A DNA stretch of 64,000 nt. Source: Octopus bimaculoides. Lineage: Eukaryota. The stretch spans positions 85,589,073 to 85,653,072 of the forward strand of contig NC_068984.1 of assembly GCF_001194135.2 (NCBI RefSeq). The letters run 5' to 3'. Below, one piece after another: positions 50,072 to 60,996 of this stretch. Under the pieces are notes generated by a model, which made no database searches, was not told the DNA's origin, and worked only from the letters and a program-made list of their open reading frames with translations. Each line of letters opens with the position of its first letter. Position 1 is the first letter of the stretch. The position numbers and the translations under genes were made by a program.

Positions 50072-50667
50072 CTGTAAAAACCCATGTAATTTGTGCAGGG
50101 GATTTTTCAGGATAAAATTTGTTAAAAGAAGCTTCTCATGTAAAATTCGCACCCAAAAGTTTTCAGAATTGTCGATATGGCCAGGGGAAAAAGGTTTCCA
50201 ATTTAGTTGTATTTAGCATAATTTCACATATGATTAGATTTTATTAAATTTTCATTAAATAAAAATAATTTCTGTTTAACATGTATCACATTAAAAGCTA
50301 TTAAATTACAAAGTGTTCGTGCTGTTTATAATACTTTATTTTACATTTCTTGCCCACAAGAGATTATGTCCGATCTTTAGCATATTGCTGTATGTCTTCT
50401 CAAATCACGATCACAGGAAAAGTTGATAAGAATTATCAACAAAAATAAAACTGATAAATATGCACAGGTGTTGCAAATTTTCTGTAAAAACCTAATCTGA
50501 CATTAAATGAGTCAACTTCTGCAATGAATGTTTACGTTTTGTACGTCTTTTTTCAACAAAAAAAAATTTCTAAAAAAATTCTGGAAACGATCTACTCCTG
50601 TAACTTCCACACCCCTAAAGTTTATTTTTGTGGGGAAAAAATGCATAAATTACATGGGTTTTTACAG
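50072..50667. mobile_element. Non-autonomous Tc1/mariner-superfamily (Tc2/pogo-like) element
   Basis: 26-bp TIR ctgtaaaaacccatgtaatttgtgca / tgcataaattacatgggtttttacag (1 mismatch), TA TSD at 50070-71 and 50668-69. No transposase ORF inside. Confidence 0.85.
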
Positions 50668-50910
50668 TATTACCCACCAGATTCAGTTAACAACTTGAGG
50701 GTCAAGAAAGGAATAGGTCTGAATGGTAAATTTAACTCCTGTAGAATTTTAATTCACAACACAGGCAGAGAAAACTAGATATTGCAAAGCATTCAGTTAG
50801 TACTCCTACTAATTGGGTCACATTACTATTACTTCACCTGATTCTACTTAGATTAGGTACAAAGTAAATAGTGAATGGAGTACCAGCCATTCAAGTCAGT
50901 ATAAGCTTAA

Positions 50911-51126
50911 CCCTTTAGCATTCAGATTATTCTTTCAAATGTAATGCTTATTTATTCAAATTGTTTTGAATCATACATTATCTCATAGCTTTGAGATTTC
51001 CATGATATGAGAGTTTGTTTTTAGAATGACATTGTGGGGTAAGTGTGAGAGGCCAGATCTGGCCAGTTTGAACATGAAACACGTAGAATATTTGAGCTAG
51101 ATATGGCTGGTTTTAATGCTAAAGCG
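50911..51126 (+). mobile_element. piggyBac-like TTAA MITE, family 1 (best copy)
   Basis: TTAA|ccctttagcatt...aatgctaaagcg|ctaa. Confidence 0.82.
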
Positions 51127-51204
51127 CTAAGCTGATGATGATGAAGCACTTTTTCCACAAGTGATGAATAAAATTCACTGCAGAATATTTCACATATGTA
51201 TATA

Positions 51205-51432
51205 CAGTAATCCCTCGCCTACCACAGTTCACCTATCGTGGTTTATTATTTAAGCTTATGTCGATTCCTCTGTGGTGTTGTTTTGCATTTATAATAATAT
51301 ATATATATATATATATACACAAATTATAAAAATAATTTTTTAAATATACAGTACAGTACTGTTTCTACTTCAGATTTTCACCTGTCGCTGGAGTTTTGGA
51401 AAGTAACACCTGCGATAGTTGAGAGATTACTG
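51205..51432. mobile_element. Tigger/pogo-like MITE
   Basis: TIRs cagtaatccctcgcctaccacag and ctgcgatagttgagagattactg, TA TSD at 51203-04 and 51433-34. Confidence 0.8.
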
Positions 51433-51439
51433 TATCTTG

Positions 51440-51566
51440 TCTTATTGGTTTCAGTCATTAGACTGCAGCCATGCTGGGGCACTGCCTTGAAGAATTTTTA
51501 GATGACTGACGTAAACACACCAATGCCAGTTGTCAAGTGGTACTGAGGGACAAACACAGGCAAAGG

Positions 51567-51607
<41 letters not shown>

Positions 51608-51765
51608 TGATCTTCCTTCATTTGCCATCTATCAAATCCAAAGCATAAAATTTTGATTGGCCTGAGACTATAGTAGAAGATACTCACCCATGATGCCTTG
51701 TAGTGACACTGAACTCAGAACTATGTGGTTGGGAAGCAAGCTTCTTACCACACAGCCATGCCTGC
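51440..51765 (-). mobile_element. SINE-A, full length
   Basis: cagtcattagactgcagccatgctggggc...cttcttaccacacagccatgcctgc. Confidence 0.85.
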
Positions 51766-51998
51766 ACTTTTTTTTTTTTTTTTTTAATTGTCTACAATGA
51801 TATAGTTGATTAAATTAAACTTGGTATTGACTGATGTTAAATGTTATTTTATCTTATCATTACCCTGGGAAGATGAAAGATAAAAGTCAACCTAGATATA
51901 ATTTAAATTCAGAACATCCAAAAGCCATTGGCAAATGCTGCAATTTTCTTTTCTTTCCAAGTGCTGACTGTTTTGCCACTCTTAAATATAATAATTAA

Positions 51999-52598
51999 GT
52001 CTTTAATATTCAGATTAATCTGTCAAATGTTGTTGGCACTCCGTCGCTTACGACGTTGAGGGTTCCAGTTGATCCGATCAACGGAACAGCCTGCTCGTGA
52101 AATTAACGTGCAAGTGGCTGAGCACTCCACAGACATGTGTACCCTTAACGTAGTTCTCGGGGATATTCAGCGTGACACAGTGTGACAAGTCTGACCCTTT
52201 GAAAGACAGGTACAACAGAAAGAGGAAGAAAAGAGTGAGAGAAAGTTGTGATGAAAGAGTACAGCAGGGTTTGCCACCACCCCTGCCGGAGCCTCCTGGA
52301 ACTTTTAGGTGTTTTCGCTCAATAAACACTCACAACGCCCGGTCTGGGAATCGAAACCGCGATCCTATGACCGCGAGTACGCTGCCCTAACCACTGGGCC
52401 ATTGCGCCTCCACTTCTCAAATGTAATACTTATTTATTCACATTGCTTTGAATGAATCATTCATTATGTCAGAGCCACCAGATTTTAATGATGTGCAGTT
52501 ATGTTTAGAATGATATTAAAGGGTAGGTGTGAGAAGCCAGAGCTGGCCAGCTTGGATATAAACAGGAAGAGTATTTGGGCTGAATATGGTCAGTTTCA
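51999..52598 (+). mobile_element. piggyBac-like MITE family 1 interrupted by SINE-C
   Basis: The 5' part attcagattaatctgtcaaatg resumes after 52413 as tcaaatgtaatacttatttattcac...gagctggccag. Confidence 0.75.
52030..52413 (-). mobile_element. SINE-C, full length
   Basis: Highly similar to the other C copies. TSD about tcaaatg. Confidence 0.95.
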
Positions 52599-53214
52599 AA
52601 ATGATTGCTAAAGACACGGTGATACAGTTAAAAATTGATGAAATAAATGATTTGTGAAATTTCTACCATAAAATGCTGTAGTCATGGATAAGGTTGACTA
52701 CACTGACAAAACAGGTGGGGCTCTGATAATTTTCATGCATGGGCTTAGAATCTTAGATAGACAAAAAAAAGTGAAAATAGCAACATAATGGCAGCAGCAT
52801 TCATAGCTTACTCCAAGAGAATTTGAGATGCCAGTCCCAACTGGTTAATCAAACTGACTGTATCGCTGACAGAAGTTTTGTTCTCTCCTTTTCTTTTTGG
52901 AACATCATCCCATCAATGACAATCGCATGCTTCTTCTTCACACACACACACACACGCACGCACGCACGCATGCATATATACTACATATACCTAGACACAA
53001 TCATGTTCAAGAATATTCACTAATATTGGCAGCTGCAGTAGTAAAGTTCAATGCTTTCAGGCGTTTTCTATTTTTTCTTTTTTTAAATTTATTTAAGAAA
53101 CTGCTGTAGTCTTTCTCACCACCACCACCACCACCTTCTTCCAGTTACCACTACCACTATCACCAGTTGTATTGTGTTGGTTCTGCACATGTTACTGATC
53201 CATTACTTGGTTCT

Positions 53215-53256
<42 letters not shown>
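53215..53256. repeat. (TAC)14 microsatellite followed by GCA/GCT/GTT triplets
   Basis: Direct reading. Confidence 0.95.
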
Positions 53257-53257
<1 letters not shown>

Positions 53258-53589
53258 GCAGCAGCTGCTGCTGTTATTGTTGTTGTTATTGATATTATTA
53301 TTGTTCTTGTCATTCTCTCTCATCTCTTCCTCCCTCCCCACACACCACGTCATTACACACTTCCCCGTTTACACTTTCCTCACCATTTCTGCTGATTTTA
53401 ATCAATAACCATCAGCAATGAACTCTAAAAGAACGGGAAAGAAAGGAAACAATTCTTTCTACAATGCCCTGCTCTCCTCTGATACCAGCTTCTTTTTTTT
53501 TTAATTTACTCACTTTAACTCTTTCTCTTCCTTCCTCCCCCCCCCCCACACACACACAGTCAAGGTTTATATATAGCTCAATTTCAGTA

Positions 53590-53890
53590 TCTTTCTGTAC
53601 TGAAAGGGATCATCATCATTGTTTAACGTTTGTTTTCCATACTGGCATGGGTTTGATGGCTTGACAAGAACTGACCAGCTGGGGAGCTGTCCAGGCTCCA
53701 CTTTTCTGTTGTGACACAGTTGGATGCTTTTTCTAATGCTGGGTGCTTTTTACGTGCCACCTGCATGGATGCATTCACGCAGCACCACCAACATGAGTGT
53801 ACTTTATGTGGCACTGGCACCTGTAAAGGGCACACCTGTATGTATGGCTGACTGTGATTTTACTTAACTTGATGCACCTTCACAAATACA
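53590..53890 (-). mobile_element. SINE-E
   Basis: catcatcattgtttaacgtttgttttccatactggcatggg...ggatgctttttctaatgc...gtgctttttacgtgccacc. Confidence 0.75.
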
Positions 53891-54014
53891 GCAAATTGCC
53901 ACACACACACATTTATAATCTCAAAAGATTGGAAAAAATTTGGGTATTATTTATTCACCATTACATGTCTTTCATTTGTTAATATGAGTTACAAAATTGT
54001 ACATGTTGGAGAAA

Positions 54015-54401
54015 CAGGAGTGGCTGTGTGGTAAGTAGCTTGCTTACCAACCACATGGTTCCAAGTTCAGTCCCACTGCATGGCACCTTGGGCAAGTGTC
54101 TTCTACTATAGCCTTGGGCCGACCAAAGCCTTGTGAGTGGATTTGGTAGACGGAAACTGGAAGAAGCCCGTTGTATATATATGTATGTGTGTTTGTGTGT
54201 CTGTGTTTGTCCCCCATCATTGCTTGACAACCGATGCTGGTGTGTTTACGTCCCCGTAACTTAGTGGTTCGGCAAAAAGAGACCGATAGAATAAGTACTA
54301 GGCTTACAAAGAATAAGTCCTGGGGTCGATTTTCTCGACTAAAGGTGGTGCTCCAGCATGGCCGCAGTCAAATGACTGAAACAAGTAAAAGAGTAAAGAG
54401 T
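54015..54401 (+). mobile_element. SINE-A, full length, 21-bp TSD
   Basis: TSD aaattgtacatg(t/c)tggagaaa at 53994-54014 and 54402-54422. Confidence 0.95.
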
Positions 54402-54437
54402 AAATTGTACATGCTGGAGAAAAACAGCACCATGACG

Positions 54438-54722
54438 CAATTCACTTTGCCAGAAATTTGGAAACGACATGCTGTACTGCTTGACATTTACACCAGAAGC
54501 TCCTATATGAACACATGGTGAACACACAGAAATAACCATTGGCTTGCCGTGTCCCCAAAACATGTACTGAGTGTGATAAAAATCAAACAACCAGTCAACA
54601 TCATGGTGTTTGAAGTGATCACTAGTGATGGTGACATTATGCCTCCATTCATCTTCCCACACGGCTTCATACTCAACACGAATGCCTACATCAAGTGCCT
54701 GGAGGAGGTAGTGCTGCCCTGC
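54438..54722 (+). pseudogene. Internally deleted DD37D/maT-type transposase remnant (second subfamily)
   Basis: MTQFTLPEIWKRHAVL is joined to KIKQPVNIMVFEVITSDGDIMPPFIFPHGFILNTNAYIKCLEEVVLP, homologous to 12768-13465. Confidence 0.8.
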
Positions 54723-54864
54723 ATATATCTTATGTGGGCTAAAGTCCTGATATAGTTGGCATCCCAAGAAAAAGACACAAACATATCAAATAACAGAATG
54801 GTAGCGGAAGTGGCTATTAATTGGTAAAAATAAAGAAAAGAAAATAAACAGAAAGAGAGGTAGA

Positions 54865-55022
54865 TAGTAATTTCCAGAAATATTCCAGCAGTGGCAGGAA
54901 TGCTGGCAGAAGTGTGTAGACTCCCAAGGTGAATACTTTGAAGGAAACTAAATCAAAATGGTGAGTTTTTAATATTACTTGTTTTCTGCCCAAAGGTCGG
55001 ATACTTTTTTACTACACCTCGT
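54865..55022 (+). mobile_element. Mariner 3' end fragment with TIR
   Basis: PEIFQQWQECWQKCVDSQGEYFEGN*, then gtcggatactttttactacacctcgt. Confidence 0.8.
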
Positions 55023-55049
55023 GTGTGTGTGCCTGTATGTATGTATGTA

Positions 55050-55097
<48 letters not shown>

Positions 55098-55105
55098 CAT
55101 ACACA

Positions 55106-55350
55106 TACACACAGCCAGGTAACCTTGTACTTCATCTACAGCAAGACACCTGTATCCGTCTCACTATAACCTTTTCATCATCACCTCCCTCAATTCCTCC
55201 TCCCCTCTTAAAAGTTTTGTCTTGCAAGTACTTGGTGACCTTGTCAGTGCAGGTGCCACTAAAAAGCACCCTGTCCACTCTGCTGAGTGGTTGGTGTTCG
55301 GAAGGGCATCCAGCTGTAAAAACCTTGCCAAAACTGACCTTGCCTGTCCT
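55106..55350 (+). mobile_element. SINE-E long form fragment
   Basis: Inverted match to 43440-43690. Confidence 0.75.
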
Positions 55351-55364
55351 TGTGCCACATACAG

Positions 55365-55927
55365 AGTACTAAGTCCACTGCAACACCAGCATCAGCCATG
55401 GTTGCAATCTCACTTTACTTGCCAGGTCTTCTCAGTTACAGCATATCTCCAAAGGTCTACATCTCTTGTCATTGCCTCTGTGAGACTCAACGTTTGAAGA
55501 TCATGCTTCACCACTTCATCCCATGTCTTCCTGGACCTACCTCTTTCACAGGTTCCTTCTGCTGTTAGGGTGTGACACTTCTCCACACAGCTGTCCTCAT
55601 TCATATGCAACACATGACCAGACCAGTACAGTCATCTCTCTTGCACACCACATCTGATGCTTCTTATGTTCAAATTTTCTCTCAGAGTGCTTGCACATCT
55701 AGCAGATCATACTAGCTTCATTTCTTTCAAGCCTGTGCATGTCTTCAGCAATCATGGCCCATGTTTCACTGCAGTGTAGCATTGCAGTTAGCACACATTC
55801 ATCATACAGTCTACCTTTAACTCTGAGCGAGAGGCCCTTTGTTGCCAGCAGAAGTAGGAGCTTTCTGAACTTTACCCAGGCTATTCTTATTCTAGCAGCT
55901 ACACTCTCAGAGCATCCACCCCCGTAA
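55365..55927 (-). pseudogene. RTE-clade LINE, 3' ORF remnant
   Basis: GGCSESVAARIRIAW.KFR.LL.LL.TKGLSLRVKGRLYD.CV.TAMLH.SETW; RGRSRKTWDEVVKHDL...RD..LWR. Confidence 0.85.
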
Positions 55928-56029
55928 CATACTTGATTGCTGAGGGATGGGAAGGAATGGGAAGGTGGGGTAGGAGTGCGTAAGTGTGAGATGGGCTTAT
56001 GAGGGAGTGATGAACAAAATACCTATGTT

Positions 56030-56308
56030 TCCAAAGGGGAATTATCCACACCCCAAAGAATTCCTCTCAACACATGGCTATGATGTTCCCTCACTACTTC
56101 TGCTCATGATCAGATATGCACTTATCATCAGCCACTAAGGGACATGCTCAATCGGTTATGGTCAAACAACTAACAAGCAAATGTGTGGTATTGAGCAGAA
56201 TATTTGCTGTAGCCCACCTTTTATACCAAGACAAAACAATGTACATGGTAACACTTCCAGTCAGTTAAGATCAGGTGCCATGAAAGCCACTGCTTGGTAC
56301 TGCATCAA
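56030..56308 (-). mobile_element. SINE-F / interspersed repeat recalled from Octopus genomes
   Basis: Minus strand aatgccttgatgcagtaccaagcagtggctttcatggc...tgttttgtcttggtataaaag...catagccatgtgttgagaggaattctttgggg. Single copy here, recognised from memory only. Confidence 0.5.
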
Positions 56309-56334
56309 GGCATTTATTATTATTATCATTATTA

Positions 56335-56515
56335 TTTGTTAGCACACTGGACGAAATGCTTAGCAGTATTTTGTCCATCTTCACATTCAAATTCCACTGA
56401 GGCCAACTTTGCCTTTCACCTTTTCAGGGTCAATAAAATAAGTATCAGTTGCACACTGGGGTCGATGTAATTTACTTACAACCAAAATTACTGGCTTTGT
56501 GCCAAAATTTGAAAC
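56335..56515 (+). mobile_element. SINE-B, head-truncated
   Basis: gttagcacactggacgaaatgcttagc...ctttgtgccaaaatttgaaac, then (att)n. Confidence 0.8.
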
Positions 56516-56529
56516 TATTATTATTATTA

Positions 56530-57810
56530 TTTTATTTACCTGCATGCTTGTTACAATCACTTGCCGAGACACACCCAGTGTCCTAGGGTAAGTGAAGGAT
56601 GAGAGATGTTACAGTATGACTGAAAGCTTGGAGAGGGGAAGTCGCAGGGACAGTAGTGAAATATCTTCATGTAATACAACTCAGACATTCTATGGACAGT
56701 ACTTGTCAGTACAATCTTTTGGATTTCTTTGAGACATGGTTCTCCTGGGATATTTAGATGTTTTTGACATCCCTTATCATACCTGGGGAACCCACAATAC
56801 CAGGATACCACATCTTTTGTATTTCAATTTTCAGGTCTTTATAGTTACGTAATTTGTCAAATTCCTTTACAGATATATTTTGGTCAGTGGGAACACTTAC
56901 ATCTATTAGTCTACAAGTATTTTCTTCCCTGTTTTTAATGACTATCTACGGTCGATTAGCCTGGATTGTTCTGTCAGTGTTGACTAGAAAATCCCAGAGG
57001 ATTGTGACACTTTTACCTTCAAAAACTGGCCCGGGGTGATGTTCATACCAGTAAGCAGGAGTGTTGATTTTTGTAGTTTTGCATATTTTCCAATGTAAAT
57101 ACTGTCCTACCCTATTGTGGCAATCTTTGTTTTTGTTTGGCGTCAGCACAGGACATTCTAGCTCTTCGTTGTTTCTAGCAAGCAGCTTCAGATTGTCCAT
57201 ATAAAATAAATGGTTTACAATAATATTATACACTTTGAACCCATACCTGGTGATACTCAGTTTGTTTGAGAGTGGGATCAGTGCTATGCAAAAGGGTAAT
57301 GGGAAGAGGGAGTCACCTTGAAAGATGCCTTGTTTGATGTTGCTTTTAGGTTGGCTCATCCCATTACTATGGTGTAGAAGGAGACGTGTATTCCACTTGG
57401 TCATGCTACCTTGTAGGAATTTGGAGACAACTGGAGAGATCTTATATATCTCGAGGGCCTTGAGTATCCAATTATGTGTGACTCTATTAAACGCTTTCCT
57501 GTAGTCTATCCTTACTTAGACTGTAGTCTATCCTTACTTAGACTGTAGTCTATCCATACAGTATGGATAGACTGTAGTCTATCCATACTCAGGTTCTTCT
57601 TTTTACTCAGGCAATTCTCTTATGTCCATAAGAATTCCTTTTTACAGCTTTTTTGAGCTTGTGGAAGGATAGAGTTCTGTTCAAGGAAAGTGTACATTCT
57701 TTCAGTTAGTATCAATATGGGTATCTTGTGGGTAGTGTTAAGACCAGTTATTGGTCAGTAGTTCTTCAGATTTTTCGTGCCTTCAGTTTTTGGTAGAAGA
57801 TGTATTGTTC
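56530..57810 (-). pseudogene. R4/Dong-clade non-LTR retrotransposon remnant (RT plus restriction-like endonuclease), internally deleted
   Basis: LPK...KNY*PI, DYRKAFNRVTHNWI, GIFQGDSL.P..F, HLFYMDNLKL, then HNRVGQYLHW.IC, ILWDF.VNTDRTIQANRPDIV, LIDVSVP.D.N...KE..K..YKDL. The 3' end runs into (TAA)n at about 56517-56530. Confidence 0.88.
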
Positions 57811-57826
57811 CTTCAATTATTATTAA

Positions 57827-58010
57827 GGCAGTGAGCTGACAGAATCGTTAGCACATTTGACAAAATGCTTAGCGTTATTTCACCTGTCACTACATTCTGA
57901 GTTCAAATTCCACCAAGATCGACATTGCCTTTCATCCTTTCAGGGGTCAATAAAATAAGTACTATTTTGGACACTGGGGTTATCAACCCTTTTGGCAAAA
58001 ATTTGAAATA
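57827..58010 (+). mobile_element. SINE-B
   Basis: ggcagtgagctgacagaatcgttagc...gggtcaataaaataagtac, flanked by (att)/(aat)n. Confidence 0.85.
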
Positions 58011-58749
58011 ATATTAATAATAATAATAATAATAATTATTATTATTATCTGATGCTAACATCTTTAGAATCACCTTTTAATAATAACCCAAATTATTGAT
58101 TACTCCTTCAACACCACCACCTCTCATTCCATTGTTCAGTGAACTCCAAAGGATTCTGGTGATTGATTATGATTGGTGGATTTCTTGTGCTATTGTCAGT
58201 GTGTGTGAGAGAGTGCATATGCATGTCGTACAGCCTTGAATGCAATATATATGTGTGCATGTTAGTGTATAGTGTATTGGTGTTGATATGTGTTTATTTA
58301 CATGTATGTCTTTGTGTGCATTAGTGTGCAAGTGAATAACATTGCAAACCAGTGCAGCAGTAGAATTTGAACTCTGCAGCACCCCCCTAATTCCCCCTTA
58401 ATTACAGTGCTTCTATATATTCAACTTGCTATCATTTTGGTGAACTTTTCTTGTCATGACTATTTGTAAACCACTCCAACAAAAGTCTGTTAATTTAAAA
58501 AAAAAAAGAAAAGAAAAACTGAGCTAAGAGAGATAGCTCAAGTGGATCAGTAACATGAATTTAGAAGAAAATCACAAACAAGGTGATACACTGAATGGTA
58601 GAAGTAAAAATAAATAAAACAAATTGTTAAATTGAGAAATCTGCATTTTGGTTGAAAGAAGAAAGTAAAAATAAAACAGTAAGTATGAATGCTTCTCAAA
58701 GCCAAGGGGAGATAATTCCAATAAAGAACTAGTTTTTCATATTGAATTT

Positions 58750-59120
58750 CATGCTTGGTGGGAAATGTGACCATTGTAAAGAAAGTTTCTGCAATGCAAC
58801 AAATGGCAGTAGGCTCCTCAACTGGGTTGCCACATACTGTGGCACCTTCTCCAGTAGCAACATGGTGTGGTCAGCTACCATCCCAGGCTCCGCTACTCGT
58901 CAGGCTGAGAAAAAAAGAAAAACAACTGTTAAGGTATTGGTCACTCTCTGACAGGTTTTTGGTTGAGCCTGTGGTAGTTGAGACCTCTGGCGTTCTTGGC
59001 CCCACCAGACCATATCTCTGTTCTCTGCTATCAGGGTGGAGATGGCTGTCTGCAAGTGCGAGGTCTATAAGTCAGAATGGTTGTTACAGCACATCTCCCT
59101 CGCTAACCTCCAGGACAAGC
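58750..59120 (+). pseudogene. CRE-clade-like non-LTR retrotransposon, C-terminal restriction-like endonuclease remnant
   Basis: GSRLLNWVATYCGTFSSSNMVWSATIPGSATRQAEKKRK / YWSLSDRFLVEPVVVETSGVLGP / EWLLQHISLA match the recalled pattern G..L.WD.T..DT.......A..AE..K..KY..L.....P.A.ET.G.WG....WL.QR.SLA. A pyrimidine tract and AATAAA follow near 59240. Confidence 0.7.
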
Positions 59121-59206
59121 TTCCTTTTTTCCATTCCTCTCTTTCTACCTCTCCTCCATTTCCCCTGTCCATCTTTTTCTAACTCTTTTCCTCTAACCCT
59201 CTACCA

Positions 59207-59216
59207 NNNNNNNNNN
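59207..59216. other. Assembly gap (10 N)
   Basis: Run of N. Confidence 0.99.
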
Positions 59217-60844
59217 TATAGGCTATTAATTCATATTCTGAATAAAATTTTTTTTACCCTTTCTTTCTCTACCTCTTCACCTTTCACCTAACTTTCACTT
59301 TCCTTAATACCCACAAGCCACTGGATGAAATATTGTGTGAACTAGAATTAAGCCCGTAGTACAATGAAAGTCACAAGTAGTCCCAAACAGGAATTCACTG
59401 ACACAAACCATAAACTTACTGTTAAAACTAGTTGCAAACTGTTTGCTACAAGTGAAGCAATCACAAACTTCAAGGCACAAGTAGTTGGGAAGTGTAAATT
59501 GCAAACACTCACAAGGACTAATTAGCTTTACTTAGACCTTCTTATTAGTATTATTATTTAGTTGGAGCCTTGGAAAAAGAAAATGCCTAGGGAAAAATCA
59601 AGGATTGGTGTCCCTCAAGCAGTCATGTGCCCTCTTTGATACCTTCAAGCAACTCTTGGATAGGTGGAGCTCTCCAGCCCTGTAAGGCAATTCATCTTAC
59701 AAGAAGGCCACTCCAATGAAAATCAGTCCTACAGCTTGCTGGTCACTGTGGTCAGACTGCCAAGTCTAAAGTGTGGGATCAGATTGGACAGACTGAATCT
59801 CACTTTAAAACTACTTAGTACAGGTAGGGAGAAATATACTGCATTGTCAAGTATCTGTTTACATAGCCACTTGAGGGCATGCCTCTCTTCATCATGATCT
59901 TTCAACACAAAGAAACTGCTATCATCCTTATCATGTAGTGAAATTGATTTGGTTGACATTCTACTTAAACTTCTTGAGATAGGTATTTGTAGGATATAAT
60001 GAAGTCTGGGGAGTAAGAATTGAGCAAATTGTTTAATTTAGTTTATATGATAAAACGGGGAGAAATATGTGGAGGTGATTTGCAGAGAATAAAGTCATTG
60101 TGTTAGCAGCAGTGACTGCGTTAGTCAGTGAGAATAAAGGAAAGTGAAAGGAGAGAACTTTTAAAATATCCAGCCTCAGAGAAAGTGTTCGACTTCAAAC
60201 TGCAGAAAGATGATGATTATCGCAAGAAGCCAATGTGATAATTGGAGAGAAATACTGCTAAACAACTAGTCACAACACATGAAGAAGTAGAAACAAGGCT
60301 TGAAGTTAAAAAGAATAACTGAAAGTAAAATACAATGAAATACAAGAAGGAAATGGAGCAAGGCTTAAAGTTAAAACATTTAGGATAACAAAGAGTGAAG
60401 AAAAAACTTATTTTTGACCAGCACTACACTTGTGTGTATACAGATTATGTGTGTGTGAGTTTGTTTCTATAACCTATTCAATGCTACTGTCTACGTGACC
60501 AGTTCAATAGAAAATATCTAGAACAGCAAGAATACGAAGAAATCTTTGTTCATTATACTCTTGTTACACTAAAAGACCACCTGCAATACAGACTATCTAC
60601 TGGTCATCATTATTGTCATTAGCTTTACCCTTTCCACTAGATATGGTAAATCAATGTAGTCATTAGGTACGCTGTGATTGATTTCTTGTACAAAAATGTG
60701 ATGTATGTGGGATTGTGACTGCACCTGTAAAAAGTTATGCGTGTGTGTTCATATACACACACACATACATATGATGCACATGCACTCTTGCCAGCATGGG
60801 AAGTGGACATAAAATTATGATGATAGTAGAGTCTCAATGTTTGA

Positions 60845-60996
60845 TATTCATCATCATCATCATCGTTTAGCATCTGTTTCCGTGCTGGCATGGCTTAGAC
60901 TGTTTGACTGGAACTGGTAAGCTGGAGAGTTGTCTTATTTTGGCCTGGTCTCTATGGCTGGATGCCTTTCCTAATGCCAATCACCTCAGAGTGTAC
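60845..60996 (-). mobile_element. SINE-E 3' part
   Basis: catcatcatcgtttagcatctgtttccgtgctggcatgg...ggctggatgcctttcctaatgccaa. Confidence 0.8.

Noticed and set aside
54339-54767. 142-aa minus-strand ORF
   Set aside because: It is the antisense of the DD37D transposase remnant plus the SINE-A tail.
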